Below are positions 47,543 through 57,257 of a stretch of DNA of 64,000 nt, piece after piece. The notes beneath the pieces are model-generated. The model made no database searches. It was not told the origin of the DNA and saw only the letters and a program-made list of their open reading frames with translations. A program made the position numbers and the translations under genes. The DNA comes from an uncultured Bacteroidota bacterium. Its GTDB lineage: Bacteria > Bacteroidota > Bacteroidia > Chitinophagales > LD1. How positions within the stretch are numbered: position 1 is the stretch's first letter; each line of letters begins with the position of its first letter. Location of the stretch: the NCBI GenBank assembly GCA_903919075.1, contig CAIXGR010000082.1, positions 2,778 to 66,777 on the forward strand, written 5' to 3'.

Positions 47543-48370
47543 ATGAGCAAACCATTAATACTTGTAGTAAACGATGACGGTATAAGCGCTCCGGGCATTA
47601 AAGCACTGGTGGAAGCAGTAAAAGATTTGGGCGAAATAGTAGTAGTAGCCCCTGATTCCCCACAGTCAGGCATGGGCCATGCCATTACCATTAATAAACC
47701 ACTTAGGCTTACCGAGGTAAAGTACTTTGGTGATATAAAGGCCTATCAATGCTCAGGAACACCTGTTGATTGTGTGAAATTAGCTGTTGACCGAGTGCTA
47801 CACCGCCACCCCGACCTTTGTGTAAGCGGTATTAACCACGGCTCTAATTCATCTATTAATGTTATTTATTCAGGCACTATGAGCGCAGCTGTGGAAGCTA
47901 GCTTGGAAGGAATTCCATCGGTCGGCTTTTCATTATGCGATTATAAGCATGAGGCTGATTTTAGTGCAACCAGTTTTTACGTAAAGTTTGTGGTTAACCA
48001 AATGCTTGAAATTGGTATTCCTAAACATACTTTGTTGAATGTAAACGTTCCGAAGCTGCCTTTAAATGAAATAATGGGTGTGAAAATTTGCAGGCAGGCT
48101 ATTGCCAAGTGGGAAGAGAAATACATGGAGCGCAACGACCCTATGGGCCGGCCTTATTACTGGCTAATGGGAGAGTTTGTAAACCATGACCATGGCCAGG
48201 ATACAGATGAGTGGGCTTTGGCTAATGGTTATGTTAGCATAGTGCCCGTTCAGTACGACCTTACTTCGCACCACACTATACCTTACATTAACGAAAACTG
48301 GAAGTTTACAGGTGTTGATAAAGGCAATGAATCTATTCCGAATGTAAGCAGGGAAGAGTTCAATCTTTAA
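47543..48370 (+). CDS. surE: 5'/3'-nucleotidase SurE
   Basis: N-terminal ILVVNDDGISAPGI, plus GINHGSN and YSGTMSAA motifs. Confidence 0.9.
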   Translation: MSKPLILVVNDDGISAPGIKALVEAVKDLGEIVVVAPDSPQSGMGHAITINKPLRLTEVKYFGDIKAYQCSGTPVDCVKLAVDRVLHRHPDLCVSGINHGSNSSINVIYSGTMSAAVEASLEGIPSVGFSLCDYKHEADFSATSFYVKFVVNQMLEIGIPKHTLLNVNVPKLPLNEIMGVKICRQAIAKWEEKYMERNDPMGRPYYWLMGEFVNHDHGQDTDEWALANGYVSIVPVQYDLTSHHTIPYINENWKFTGVDKGNESIPNVSREEFNL

Positions 48371-48381
48371 ACCTAAAAGCT

Positions 48382-48726
48382 ATGTTGGATAAAATATTAA
48401 ATCCTGTACCAACTATATATAAATGGGACCGTTTTTGGGCAGGCTTTATTCCTGCACTTTTACTTCCGGTGGTAAGCTTTTTTCTTTTTTTTCTTTTAAC
48501 CGCAGCTTATTCAAAGTTTATTGATAAAGCTACTTTTTCATTCACGCTGTTTTTATATTCAATAAAAGGGGCAACAACATTTTTACGAACATCAACGTTA
48601 TGTTGCTTGCCCAATGCGGCTGTTTTCTTTTTCTTTATTCAGCGCAATTATTACAACGCATCGCGGGCGGTTGTTTTTACAACAATGCTTTATGTTATAG
48701 CCATTGTTATTAAAGATACTTTATAA
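48382..48726 (+). CDS. Hypothetical membrane protein
   Basis: 114 aa with 3-4 hydrophobic segments. It lies between surE and lpxB on the same strand. Confidence 0.45.
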   Translation: MLDKILNPVPTIYKWDRFWAGFIPALLLPVVSFFLFFLLTAAYSKFIDKATFSFTLFLYSIKGATTFLRTSTLCCLPNAAVFFFFIQRNYYNASRAVVFTTMLYVIAIVIKDTL

Positions 48727-48731
48727 CAAGC

Positions 48732-49835
48732 ATGAAATACTACATTATTGCCGGCGAAGCCTCGGGCGACCTTCACGGCTCACATCTTATAACAGAGCTA
48801 AAACGCAAAGATGCCAATGCGCAAATAAGATGTTGGGGTGGCGATAAAATGCAAGCCGCCGGTGGCGAAGTGGTAAAACACATTAAGGATTTAGCCTTTA
48901 TGGGTTTTTTTGAAGTGGTGAAACACCTGGGCACTATCCTCAGCAATATCAATTTTTGCAAAAAAGATATTTTACAATACCAGCCCGATGTAGTTATTCT
49001 TATTGATTATCCCGGGTTCAACTTCCGGCTATTCAAATTCCTGAAACAGCACCGATTTAAGATATTCTATTACATATCTCCGCAGCTATGGGCGTGGCGC
49101 ACTTCAAGGGTTTATAAAATAAAGGAATACATTGACCGAATGTTTGTGATATTGCCCTTTGAAAAAGACTTTTATGCAAAGTACGGAGTAGAAGTAGATT
49201 TTGTAGGCCACCCTCTTTTAGATGAAATACAGCCAACGGGGCAGTTAAGTCAACCCGGTAAAAATGTAATTGCCATTTTACCTGGCAGCCGAAAACAAGA
49301 GATTTCGTACCTATTGCCCGAATACCTGAAAGTTATTGACGAGTTCCCTGCTTACAAATTTGTAATTGCTGGATTGAGTAACATTGGTAAAGAGTTTTAT
49401 CAGAATTTAATAGGCAATGCCCGTGTTGAAATTGTGTTTGACCAAACCTATAATGTGTTGGCTTCGGCCGAAGCTGCCATTGTTACCTCAGGTACCGCAA
49501 CACTGGAAACTGCCCTTTACAATGTACCCGAAGTAATATGTTATAAAGGCAGTTGGATATCGTATTTTATTGCTAGGGCGCTTATTAAAAATATTAAGTA
49601 CATCTGCATAGTTAACCTGATATGTAACCAACGGGTGGTGGAAGAATTAATACAGGCCTATGTAAATAAGGAAAGGTTAGTAGCTGAATTGAAAAGAATA
49701 CTCAGCCTAGAAGGCAAAACCAATATTGCTAAAGGATATGAGTTGCTGCAAAGTAAAATAGGAGAGCAGGGCGCTTCGGAAAAAGCTGCGCGGCTAATGA
49801 TTGGTTATTTACAAAACAATAAAAGGCCCGATTAA
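48732..49835 (+). CDS. lpxB: Lipid-A-disaccharide synthase
   Basis: N-terminal YYIIAGEASGDLHGS, then IDYPGFN, YYISPQLWAWR and LPGSR motifs. Confidence 0.9.
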   Translation: MKYYIIAGEASGDLHGSHLITELKRKDANAQIRCWGGDKMQAAGGEVVKHIKDLAFMGFFEVVKHLGTILSNINFCKKDILQYQPDVVILIDYPGFNFRLFKFLKQHRFKIFYYISPQLWAWRTSRVYKIKEYIDRMFVILPFEKDFYAKYGVEVDFVGHPLLDEIQPTGQLSQPGKNVIAILPGSRKQEISYLLPEYLKVIDEFPAYKFVIAGLSNIGKEFYQNLIGNARVEIVFDQTYNVLASAEAAIVTSGTATLETALYNVPEVICYKGSWISYFIARALIKNIKYICIVNLICNQRVVEELIQAYVNKERLVAELKRILSLEGKTNIAKGYELLQSKIGEQGASEKAARLMIGYLQNNKRPD

Positions 49836-49867
49836 AGTTCAATAATGATGAACCTATCGGGCAATAA

Positions 49868-49907
49868 TTTAGAATCCCATTGTCGTAAAACGCAATGGGG
49901 TTCTAAA
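49868..49907. terminator. 15-bp hairpin between lpxB and a convergent small ORF
   Basis: TTTAGAATCCCATTG-tcgtaaaacg-CAATGGGGTTCTAAA (one G-U pair). The flanking U-tracts are weak, so it may act as a terminator or stabiliser. Confidence 0.6.
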
Positions 49908-49925
49908 TTAATTGACACCAGTAAA

Positions 49926-50060
49926 CTATGTGTGTTTTATTGTAACAGTCGCTTTCTTAACCTTTTTAGGATTTGCTTTAGCGAACTTAGACGATACAAA
50001 ACGTCCGGTGCTTGCACTTCTGGTTACTGTCTGTTTGTGGGTGTATTTTGTTTTTGCCAT
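49926..50060 (-). CDS. Small basic protein (44 aa), not in the ORF track
   Basis: ATG 50060-50058 to TAG 49928-49926 gives MAKTKYTHKQTVTRSASTGRFVSSKFAKANPKKVKKATVTIKHT. The hairpin above lies just downstream. Coordinates were cross-checked against the overlapping + track ORF. Confidence 0.45.
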   Translation of the reverse strand: MAKTKYTHKQTVTRSASTGRFVSSKFAKANPKKVKKATVTIKHT

Positions 50061-50292
50061 AGAGTTGTTTTAAATGGATTATAGGTTAAATTAAAGTAAT
50101 TATTTTCTTCCAAACAAGTATTTATATATTTTTATTTTTTTCACTATTCAAATCAGTATATTTTTAACACTATTGCAGAACTAATTAAAGCACCGGTTTA
50201 TTATAGGTAAATAGCCCGGTTTAGCAACCGGTGAAACTGAAATTTTGAAGTGTCCGGTGCCGGTTATCCAACTTCAATATTTTAACCATATT

Positions 50293-50928
50293 ATGACTAA
50301 GTTTCTTCCAATATTTCCTCTAAACGTTATTATTTATCCTGGCCAGTACCTCAATTTACACGTTTACGAGCCCCGGTATAAACAATTAATTAATGAATGC
50401 AAAACCGAGAACAAAACTTTTGGTATTCCATCAGTATTTAAAGAAAGCCTGAATGAATATGGCACTGAAATGGAACTGCTGGAAATATCGAAGGTTTATG
50501 AGAACGGCGAGATGGATATTAAAACCAAAGGTTTAAATGTATTCCATATTATGGAGGTGCTGCGTGAAGTGCCTGATAAACTTTATCCTGCAGCTATAGT
50601 TTTTGAGGTGGAGCACCTGCCCTATGATACGAACGAGCTAAATCCCACCTTGCTAACCCTGTTTAATAAGCTGCATAAACTATTGGGAACCAATTTAGAT
50701 ATATATGCTAAGTTTGAAAACCCTTTATCCTTCGATTTAGCTCATTACGCTGCTTTAAAGCCCGAAGACCAATACCGCATTTTAACTGCTACCTCCGAAA
50801 AAGCCCGGCAGTTATACATGATAAGGCATTTGCTGAAGTTAATACCCTCATTAGAAGAAACCGAAAATGTAAAGGCTAAAGTGCAAATGAACGGCCACTT
50901 CAGGCATGAAGTTCCCCCTCAATTTTGA
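50293..50928 (+). CDS. LON substrate-binding (Lon N-terminal) domain protein
   Basis: LPIFPLNVIIYPGQYLNLHVYEPRYKQLI is the Lon N-domain hallmark. Preferred start is ATG 50293; the track starts at TTG 50245. Confidence 0.75.
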   Translation: MTKFLPIFPLNVIIYPGQYLNLHVYEPRYKQLINECKTENKTFGIPSVFKESLNEYGTEMELLEISKVYENGEMDIKTKGLNVFHIMEVLREVPDKLYPAAIVFEVEHLPYDTNELNPTLLTLFNKLHKLLGTNLDIYAKFENPLSFDLAHYAALKPEDQYRILTATSEKARQLYMIRHLLKLIPSLEETENVKAKVQMNGHFRHEVPPQF

Positions 50929-50987
50929 ATCTTTTTATACGTTTAAACGTTATACAAGTACCTGATATACTTTACTCGGGTATTTAA

Positions 50988-51455
50988 ATGGGAAAACCAC
51001 TCTCTTCTCTGCTTATTTTATTGGGTTCAATTCTTAAGTTTTCAGTAGGGTCTATTGCAGCCGTTACTGCTAAGTTAGGATTGGGTGGTTCGTTGGCAAA
51101 TATTATAGGCGGTATTATCGGCATTGTAATTTTTACCTATCTCGGAGAGTTCATCCAAAGCTATCTCGTGCGCAAGTTTCCTTGGTATTTTAACCGCAAA
51201 TTTACACGCTCAAATCGATTCTTGGTTCGTATAAAACAACGGTTTGGTTTAGGTGGAATTGCCGCACTTACCCCAATTGTTCTTTCAATACCGGTTGGCG
51301 TATTATTTGCCCTTACACTTACCCACGATAAAAAGAAAATCATGATATCCATGATTCTTTCGGTGCTGTTTTGGGCTTCTGTTATTTTCCTGCCTTACTT
51401 CGTCTTCAATATCAATATCCTTGATATTTTGAAGAAGGTTTTTGGACAAGGCTAA
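50988..51455 (+). CDS. Hypothetical membrane protein
   Basis: 155 aa with four hydrophobic Gly-rich helices. Confidence 0.5.
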   Translation: MGKPLSSLLILLGSILKFSVGSIAAVTAKLGLGGSLANIIGGIIGIVIFTYLGEFIQSYLVRKFPWYFNRKFTRSNRFLVRIKQRFGLGGIAALTPIVLSIPVGVLFALTLTHDKKKIMISMILSVLFWASVIFLPYFVFNINILDILKKVFGQG

Positions 51456-52225
51456 TACCTCAAAATAAAATTTTCCTTGGCTAGCTTTCCCTTTGTAAAA
51501 AAGCAAATACCATATTGAAAGACATCGATAGTTAGGCTTATTTCAGTATTTGCTTTTATTTCTTCCCAGGCTTCATTCATATCACTATTCCAATATATAT
51601 CGTCAAATATAAATATTGAATTTTCATGAGTCTTAGGAAGGCACTCTTTAAAATATCTCAGTGTAGCTTCCTTTGTATGATTCCCGTCGAACAATACCAT
51701 GTCTAACTTGTATATGCCTTGAATAATGTTTGGCAGTGTATCTCCAAAATTACCGCATACAGTTTCAATATTATTTATGCCGAGTTTCGAAAAATTTTGC
51801 TCTGCTATATATATAAGCGTTGAAGAACCCTCCAGTGTTACAATTTTTGCGGAAGGATTAGCCAGTGCCAAATAACCAGTACTAATGCCAATAGAAGTGC
51901 CTATTTCAACAATCGTTTTGGGTTGAAAATATTTTACAAGGCGGTATAGCATTTCGCCATACTTTTTCCGCACGGCTACATGCCCTTCTAAATCCGAAAT
52001 TTTTCTTGAAGAAGCTACACCAGTGCCAAAATCCTGAGCAGCCACAAATGAATGATCTGATTTTAATTGCCGTCTAAGCAAATCTATAGAACGCAGGTTT
52101 TCATCCTTTTTGCCTTCAAGAACATTAATATAAAACTGGTATACAAAAGGCGAGTGTAGGTAATACTTGGTTTTTGCCTTCCACTGATAGATTAAAAATT
52201 TTTTGAACCTGAAAAAGTCGCTCAT
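51452..52225 (-). CDS. Class I SAM-dependent (O-)methyltransferase
   Basis: IVEIGTSIGISTGYLA (motif I) and LFDGNHTKEATLRYF, typical of O-methyltransferase family 3-like proteins. Confidence 0.7.
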   Translation of the reverse strand: MSDFFRFKKFLIYQWKAKTKYYLHSPFVYQFYINVLEGKKDENLRSIDLLRRQLKSDHSFVAAQDFGTGVASSRKISDLEGHVAVRKKYGEMLYRLVKYFQPKTIVEIGTSIGISTGYLALANPSAKIVTLEGSSTLIYIAEQNFSKLGINNIETVCGNFGDTLPNIIQGIYKLDMVLFDGNHTKEATLRYFKECLPKTHENSIFIFDDIYWNSDMNEAWEEIKANTEISLTIDVFQYGICFFTKGKLAKENFILRY

Positions 52226-52261
52226 TGCTGTTAAATTAGCGTTGCAAAGAAAAGCTAATTT

Positions 52262-53068
52262 ATGAAGCGGAACGCTTTAGCTATACTTTATATATTGATT
52301 ACCATAACTTCCTGGGGCCAGAAAGGATTTGATATTGGCGTTTCTGGAACCGTAAACAGCACCTGGATATTAAAGCAGAATAACTACGGCACGCTGGCCC
52401 CGTTTCAAAATGAAGTAGTTCGCAGGTCGGATATGAATTACAAAGCTTTAATTGGTGCTAATGTTGGAATAGTTTTGGGCTATAACTTTACTGATAACTG
52501 GGGTATACGCGGCGAGGTGCAATATGATTTTACCGGACAAATATATGACGACAATTTTACCGGCCCCGCCACCATACCCGAAGGCACTTTTGGTTCAATT
52601 AATCAGCGGGTAAATGTGCGGCGCGATATCAGGCTGCAATATGTGCAGGTTCCGGTAATGGCAAAATTTACTACTACAAAATGGGAGAAGGAGAAAATTT
52701 TTGTGTGCCTTGGCCCTCAATTCAATTTCAGAACCTATGCCTACGAACAGGTTAAAATAGCCGGTTATGTTTACAAGCCCGATTCGCTTGCATTTACCCC
52801 GGGCCAAAAGTTTCAAACCTTCGATTTTGGTTTGGCACTACAAGTAGGCGCCGATTTTTTTATAAAACCCAATTTTTATATCGAAACCGCACTTTCATCA
52901 TACATTGGCTTAACCGATCTTAACGGCGATGTATTGCGCCAGTTAGACTGGTACAGCAAAAATAATGTAAGCTACCGCAGCAGCCATAATTTCAGGGCCG
53001 GTTTAATGGTGGGTATTCATTATATTTTAAAAAAGAAGGAGAATAAAGAGGAATTGCTGAGGTATTAA
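52262..53068 (+). CDS. Outer-membrane beta-barrel protein
   Basis: Signal peptide, alternating hydrophobic beta-strand pattern and aromatic strand ends. Confidence 0.6.
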   Translation: MKRNALAILYILITITSWGQKGFDIGVSGTVNSTWILKQNNYGTLAPFQNEVVRRSDMNYKALIGANVGIVLGYNFTDNWGIRGEVQYDFTGQIYDDNFTGPATIPEGTFGSINQRVNVRRDIRLQYVQVPVMAKFTTTKWEKEKIFVCLGPQFNFRTYAYEQVKIAGYVYKPDSLAFTPGQKFQTFDFGLALQVGADFFIKPNFYIETALSSYIGLTDLNGDVLRQLDWYSKNNVSYRSSHNFRAGLMVGIHYILKKKENKEELLRY

Positions 53069-53091
53069 ATATTATATAAAAATTTGGCAAT

Positions 53092-54117
53092 ATGGAAATA
53101 GGTGTAGATAGTTTTGTAGCCCGCTTTGATAACAACCCCAATGCGAATGTTGATACCAAGCAGGCAATGGCCAAACTGTTGGAAAGAATAGAACATGCCG
53201 ACCAGGTGGGCCTTGATATATTTGGTATTGGAGAACATCACCGGAAAGAGTTCCTGGATTCGGCGCCGGTAGTAATACTATCTGCAGCCGCTGGGCGTAC
53301 TAAGCGCATAAAGCTTACCAGTGCAGTAACCGTATTAAGCGCCGCCGACCCTGTCAGGGTTTTCCAAAACTTTGCTACGCTTGATTTAGTTTCGCAAGGC
53401 CGCGCAGAGATGGTAGTAGGACGTGGTTCTTTTATAGAGGCTTATCCGCTCTTCGGGCTTAATCTGAATGATTATGATGCATTGTTTGCCGAGAAGTTAG
53501 AACTACTGCTTAAAATCCGAGATAATGAGTTTGTAACCTGGTCAGGAAAGTTTCGCCCTGCATTGAAAAACCAACCGGTGTACCCCAGGCCGGTGCAAAG
53601 TCCATTTCCTATTTGGTTAGGTGTAGGTGGAACACCGGAGTCGTTTGTGCGTGCAGGCATGTTAGGCCTGCCATTAATGGTTGCCATTATAGGTGGAGAA
53701 ACACACCGCTTTCGCCCCTTAGTTGACTTGTATCGCGAAGCCGGTCAGCGCGCAGGATATTCACCGGAGCGGCTTACGGTAGGTCTGCATTCCATGGGCT
53801 ATGTAGCCGAAACTACCGAACAGGCTATTGCCGAATTCTATCCCGGCTTTGCAGCTGCCATGACTGATGGTATTGCTAAAGAACGAGGCTGGCCACCTAT
53901 GACCCGTTCGCGTTTCGATGCGCAGGCAGGCCCTTTAGGGGCATTTTTAGTAGGAGGCCCCGAAGAGGTTGCAGAAAAGATTAAGCGACATAGCGATGCA
54001 CTAGGGGGCATTACCCGCGTTACTTTCCAAATGGATGCTGCTAACCTGCCACACGATAAGTTAATGAAATCAATAGAGCTACTTGGAACGGGTGTAAAGC
54101 CCTTGCTGAATAAATAA
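53092..54117 (+). CDS. LLM-class flavin-dependent oxidoreductase (luciferase-like monooxygenase)
   Basis: Motifs GLDIFGIGEHH, TSAVTVLS, DLVSQGRAEMVVGRGS and PIWLGVGGTPES. Confidence 0.85.
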   Translation: MEIGVDSFVARFDNNPNANVDTKQAMAKLLERIEHADQVGLDIFGIGEHHRKEFLDSAPVVILSAAAGRTKRIKLTSAVTVLSAADPVRVFQNFATLDLVSQGRAEMVVGRGSFIEAYPLFGLNLNDYDALFAEKLELLLKIRDNEFVTWSGKFRPALKNQPVYPRPVQSPFPIWLGVGGTPESFVRAGMLGLPLMVAIIGGETHRFRPLVDLYREAGQRAGYSPERLTVGLHSMGYVAETTEQAIAEFYPGFAAAMTDGIAKERGWPPMTRSRFDAQAGPLGAFLVGGPEEVAEKIKRHSDALGGITRVTFQMDAANLPHDKLMKSIELLGTGVKPLLNK

Positions 54118-54130
54118 GATAGAGTTAGTT

Positions 54131-55537
54131 TCAATTCGCCTTTATCTCACTAATCAGCTTCTGCAATACCTGTTTGGCATCGCCAAAAAGCATTGAGGTT
54201 TTAGGTTGGTAAAAAAGGGCGTTGGTAATGCCGGCATAACCCGATTTCATGGAGCGTTTGTTTACTATTACGTTTTTAGCAGTTTCCACTTCAAGTATAG
54301 GCATACCATAAATAGGGGAGGTTTTATCGTTTTTAGCAGCTGGGTTTACCACATCATTAGCGCCAAGTATCATCACCACATCAGCGGTTAAAAACTCGTT
54401 GTTGGCTTCTTCCATTTCAAGCAACTTAGGGTAAGCTACATCTGCCTCGGCTAAAAGCACATTCATGTGGCCGGGCATTCTACCGGCTACCGGGTGTATG
54501 GCGTATTTTACTTCAACACCTTTTTCTTCCAGTGCTTTTTCTAATTCATGGCAGGTATGTTGTGCCTGTGCAACTGCTAAACCATAACCGGGCACTATCA
54601 TTACTTTTTTAGCGTAACTCATCATAACAGCAGCATCGGCTAGCGAAACTTCTTTTACCACGCCATCATCTGTTCCTTTAACGTGTGCCGGGGTTGCAGA
54701 GAAAGCACCAATCAATACATTAGTTAACGACCGGTTCATAGCTTTGCACATTAAAACAGTTAGTATAGTACCGGCAGAGCCTACTAATATACCACCGGTA
54801 AGCATTGCCTTGTTGTTGTAAAGAAAGCCTGCACAAGCGGCAGCAATACCGGTAAAAGAGTTGAGTAGCGATATAACCACCGGCATATCGGCACCGCCTA
54901 TTGGCAACACAAACAATACACCGTATACCAGGCAAAGAATCAATTCAAGATATAAGGTAACCGGATTAATTACCGGGCTAAAAATTATTGAACCCGCTAC
55001 GCTAAGAATGATAAGCATCAACCCGATATTTAGATATTGCTGAAAAGGGAAAACCTTATCGCCAAACTTTTCGGTAAGCTTACCCCAGGCAATAATTGAG
55101 CCGCTAAAAGAGATAGTGCCTATTACTAACCCGGCAGTAATAGCCAGCAATTTCGATGTTTCAGTAGAGTGTACGTGATATATTTCAATTAAGCCAATAA
55201 GTGCGGCGCAGGCGCCACCCATGCCGTTAAATAACGAAACCATTTGCGGCATTTGTGTCATTTGAACCGTTCTTGCCGAACGAAGTCCAACACCAATACC
55301 AAGGGCAAGGGCTAAAAATATCCATAATTTGTTGCTCAGATATTCGCCACTATCGTTAGAAAGAAAAATAGTACCTACTATGGCTATACCCATCCCAACT
55401 GCAGCTATCATATTCCCTTTTCTGGCTGTTTCGGGGTGGCTTAGCATTTTTAGCCCCATAATAAAGGTAATAGAGGCTATCAAATAAGCTACTGCAAGAA
55501 TGTCGGTTGCAAAAATGTCTCTCGATAAAATGTCCAT
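54131..55537 (-). CDS. pntB: NAD(P) transhydrogenase subunit beta
   Basis: Polytopic N-terminal domain and C-terminal dIII (PGYGLAVAQAQH...AIHPVAGRMPGHMNVLLAEA...GANDVVNP). Preferred start is ATG 55537. Confidence 0.9.
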   Translation of the reverse strand: MDILSRDIFATDILAVAYLIASITFIMGLKMLSHPETARKGNMIAAVGMGIAIVGTIFLSNDSGEYLSNKLWIFLALALGIGVGLRSARTVQMTQMPQMVSLFNGMGGACAALIGLIEIYHVHSTETSKLLAITAGLVIGTISFSGSIIAWGKLTEKFGDKVFPFQQYLNIGLMLIILSVAGSIIFSPVINPVTLYLELILCLVYGVLFVLPIGGADMPVVISLLNSFTGIAAACAGFLYNNKAMLTGGILVGSAGTILTVLMCKAMNRSLTNVLIGAFSATPAHVKGTDDGVVKEVSLADAAVMMSYAKKVMIVPGYGLAVAQAQHTCHELEKALEEKGVEVKYAIHPVAGRMPGHMNVLLAEADVAYPKLLEMEEANNEFLTADVVMILGANDVVNPAAKNDKTSPIYGMPILEVETAKNVIVNKRSMKSGYAGITNALFYQPKTSMLFGDAKQVLQKLISEIKAN

Positions 55538-55562
55538 AACTAACCTGTTTATACTTCGTTTA

Positions 55563-55877
55563 TCACTTTCTCTTTTTAAACATTTCAAGCATTCTGTCCG
55601 TCACTACAAATCCACCCACCACGTTCAGGGTTCCTAAAAATACGGCCATAAATCCCATTACTAATGCCGGGTAATTGCCGCTTTCAGCCTTGCCCATCAC
55701 AATTATAGCACCAATAACAATTACGCCGTGTATGGCGTTTGCACCGCTCATTAAAGGCGTGTGCAGAATTGAAGGCACATGCGATATTACTTCTATGCCC
55801 AAAAACACCATCAGTATCACTATATACAAGGTCTGCATAGTGATAAGGTGGTCTAGCGTTTGCCAAAAACCGTCCAT
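55563..55877 (-). CDS. pntAB: NAD(P) transhydrogenase subunit alpha part 2
   Basis: 104 aa with three TM segments and the motif HTPLMSGANAIHG. Confidence 0.85.
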   Translation of the reverse strand: MDGFWQTLDHLITMQTLYIVILMVFLGIEVISHVPSILHTPLMSGANAIHGVIVIGAIIVMGKAESGNYPALVMGFMAVFLGTLNVVGGFVVTDRMLEMFKKRK

Positions 55878-56022
55878 AGTTTACTTTTTTACCTTATTAA
55901 TTATTTATTCTATAAGTTAACTTGTTCTGTAGTCAGCAACAAGCAAACATAATATTCAGGGTAGAGGAGTCACATGCGTTCGCACATCATTATAATATAA
56001 CATATAACGCCACAAAAGTCAA

Positions 56023-57153
56023 TTAGTTTTGTGGTGCTAACTCTTTTACCCGTTCATTCACAACCTTTCCATTGTGGGTTATACAACACCCCTTTATCAA
56101 CTCATCTTCAAAGTTCAGGTTCAATTTGCCCTCTTCATTGATAATCAGTTTAATGAAATTCAACAGGTTTTTGCCATACAATTTGCTGGCATCATTAGGC
56201 ATGTTCGAAGGCAGGTTAGAATTGCCAATTATAGTTACTCCGTTGTAAATTACAGTTTCGTTATTGCGGGTCAATTCGCAGTTGCCACCGGTTGCCGAGG
56301 CAATATCAATAATTATCGAACCGGCTCGCATTCCTTCAACCATCTCGCGTGGAATCAGTATAGGGGCCCGTTTACCAGGTATTTGTGCGGTAGTAATTAC
56401 TATATCCGCCTTTACTATCGAATCGTGTATTTTTTGCTTCTGTTTTTGTTTGTATTCTTCGGTCTGTTCAACCCCATATCCACCAGCTTTACTTGCATCT
56501 GCGGCACCCTCAACCTCAACAAACTTAGCGCCTAAACTCATTACTTCTTCCTTTACGGCTGGCCGGGTATCAAAAACCTCAACCACTGCGCCCAAACGCT
56601 TGGCGGTAGCAATAGCTTGCAACCCGGCAACACCGGCACCCAGAATAAGCACTTTAGCCGGGGTTATGGTGCCTGCAGCAGTCATCATCATGGGCAAATA
56701 TTTCGGGTAGCTGTCAGCCGCAAGTATAACCGCTTTATAGCCTGCAATGCTGGCTTGCGAACTCAAAATGTCCATCGATTGTGCTCGGGTATTACGTGGC
56801 AACATATCTAGCGAAAGGGTAGAAATGTGTTTTTCTGCCCAGTCATTCATTAACGGTATGTTATTAAGGGGTTGAAAAACGCCAAGTAAAACCGTGCCGC
56901 TTTTCATTTTTGCAACCTCATCGTGCGATGGTGCATGTATGGTAAGAATAATATCGGCATGCGATAAAATTTCATCGTGTGCTTTTATTACTGCGCCTGA
57001 AAGAACGTAGTTTTCGTCTTTCTCAAAAGCCCTAAAACCAGCTCCTGATTCAATCCAGACTTTTACTTTCAATTTAATTAGGCCGGCTACTATTTCGGGT
57101 AATGCCGATACCCGGTTTTCACCCTCCTTTTCTTTCAATATACCTATTATCAT
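56023..57153 (-). CDS. pntAA: NAD(P) transhydrogenase subunit alpha part 1
   Basis: IIGILKEKEGENRVSALPE, the Rossmann LILGAGVAGLQAIATAKRLGA, and an alanine-dehydrogenase-like fold. Preferred start is ATG 57153. Confidence 0.9.
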   Translation of the reverse strand: MIIGILKEKEGENRVSALPEIVAGLIKLKVKVWIESGAGFRAFEKDENYVLSGAVIKAHDEILSHADIILTIHAPSHDEVAKMKSGTVLLGVFQPLNNIPLMNDWAEKHISTLSLDMLPRNTRAQSMDILSSQASIAGYKAVILAADSYPKYLPMMMTAAGTITPAKVLILGAGVAGLQAIATAKRLGAVVEVFDTRPAVKEEVMSLGAKFVEVEGAADASKAGGYGVEQTEEYKQKQKQKIHDSIVKADIVITTAQIPGKRAPILIPREMVEGMRAGSIIIDIASATGGNCELTRNNETVIYNGVTIIGNSNLPSNMPNDASKLYGKNLLNFIKLIINEEGKLNLNFEDELIKGCCITHNGKVVNERVKELAPQN

Positions 57154-57257
57154 AAGTTGGGTCGCAAATTTCAACTGCGAGTATAGTTAATGCCATCAAT
57201 ACCTGCGTTTATATTATAATTAATATAATAACGCGATATTAACAATTTGTATCTTCT

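Noticed and set aside
49845-50084. A 79-aa plus-strand ORF immediately after lpxB.
   Set aside because: Its product is Cys/Phe/Leu-rich and implausible, and it contains the 15-bp hairpin within its coding region. The opposite strand encodes a more credible small basic protein.
51452-51455. A convergent overlap of the stop codons of 50988..51455(+) and 51452..52225(-), sharing the sequence CTAA.
   Set aside because: This is a trivial consequence of gene packing with no evident regulatory meaning.
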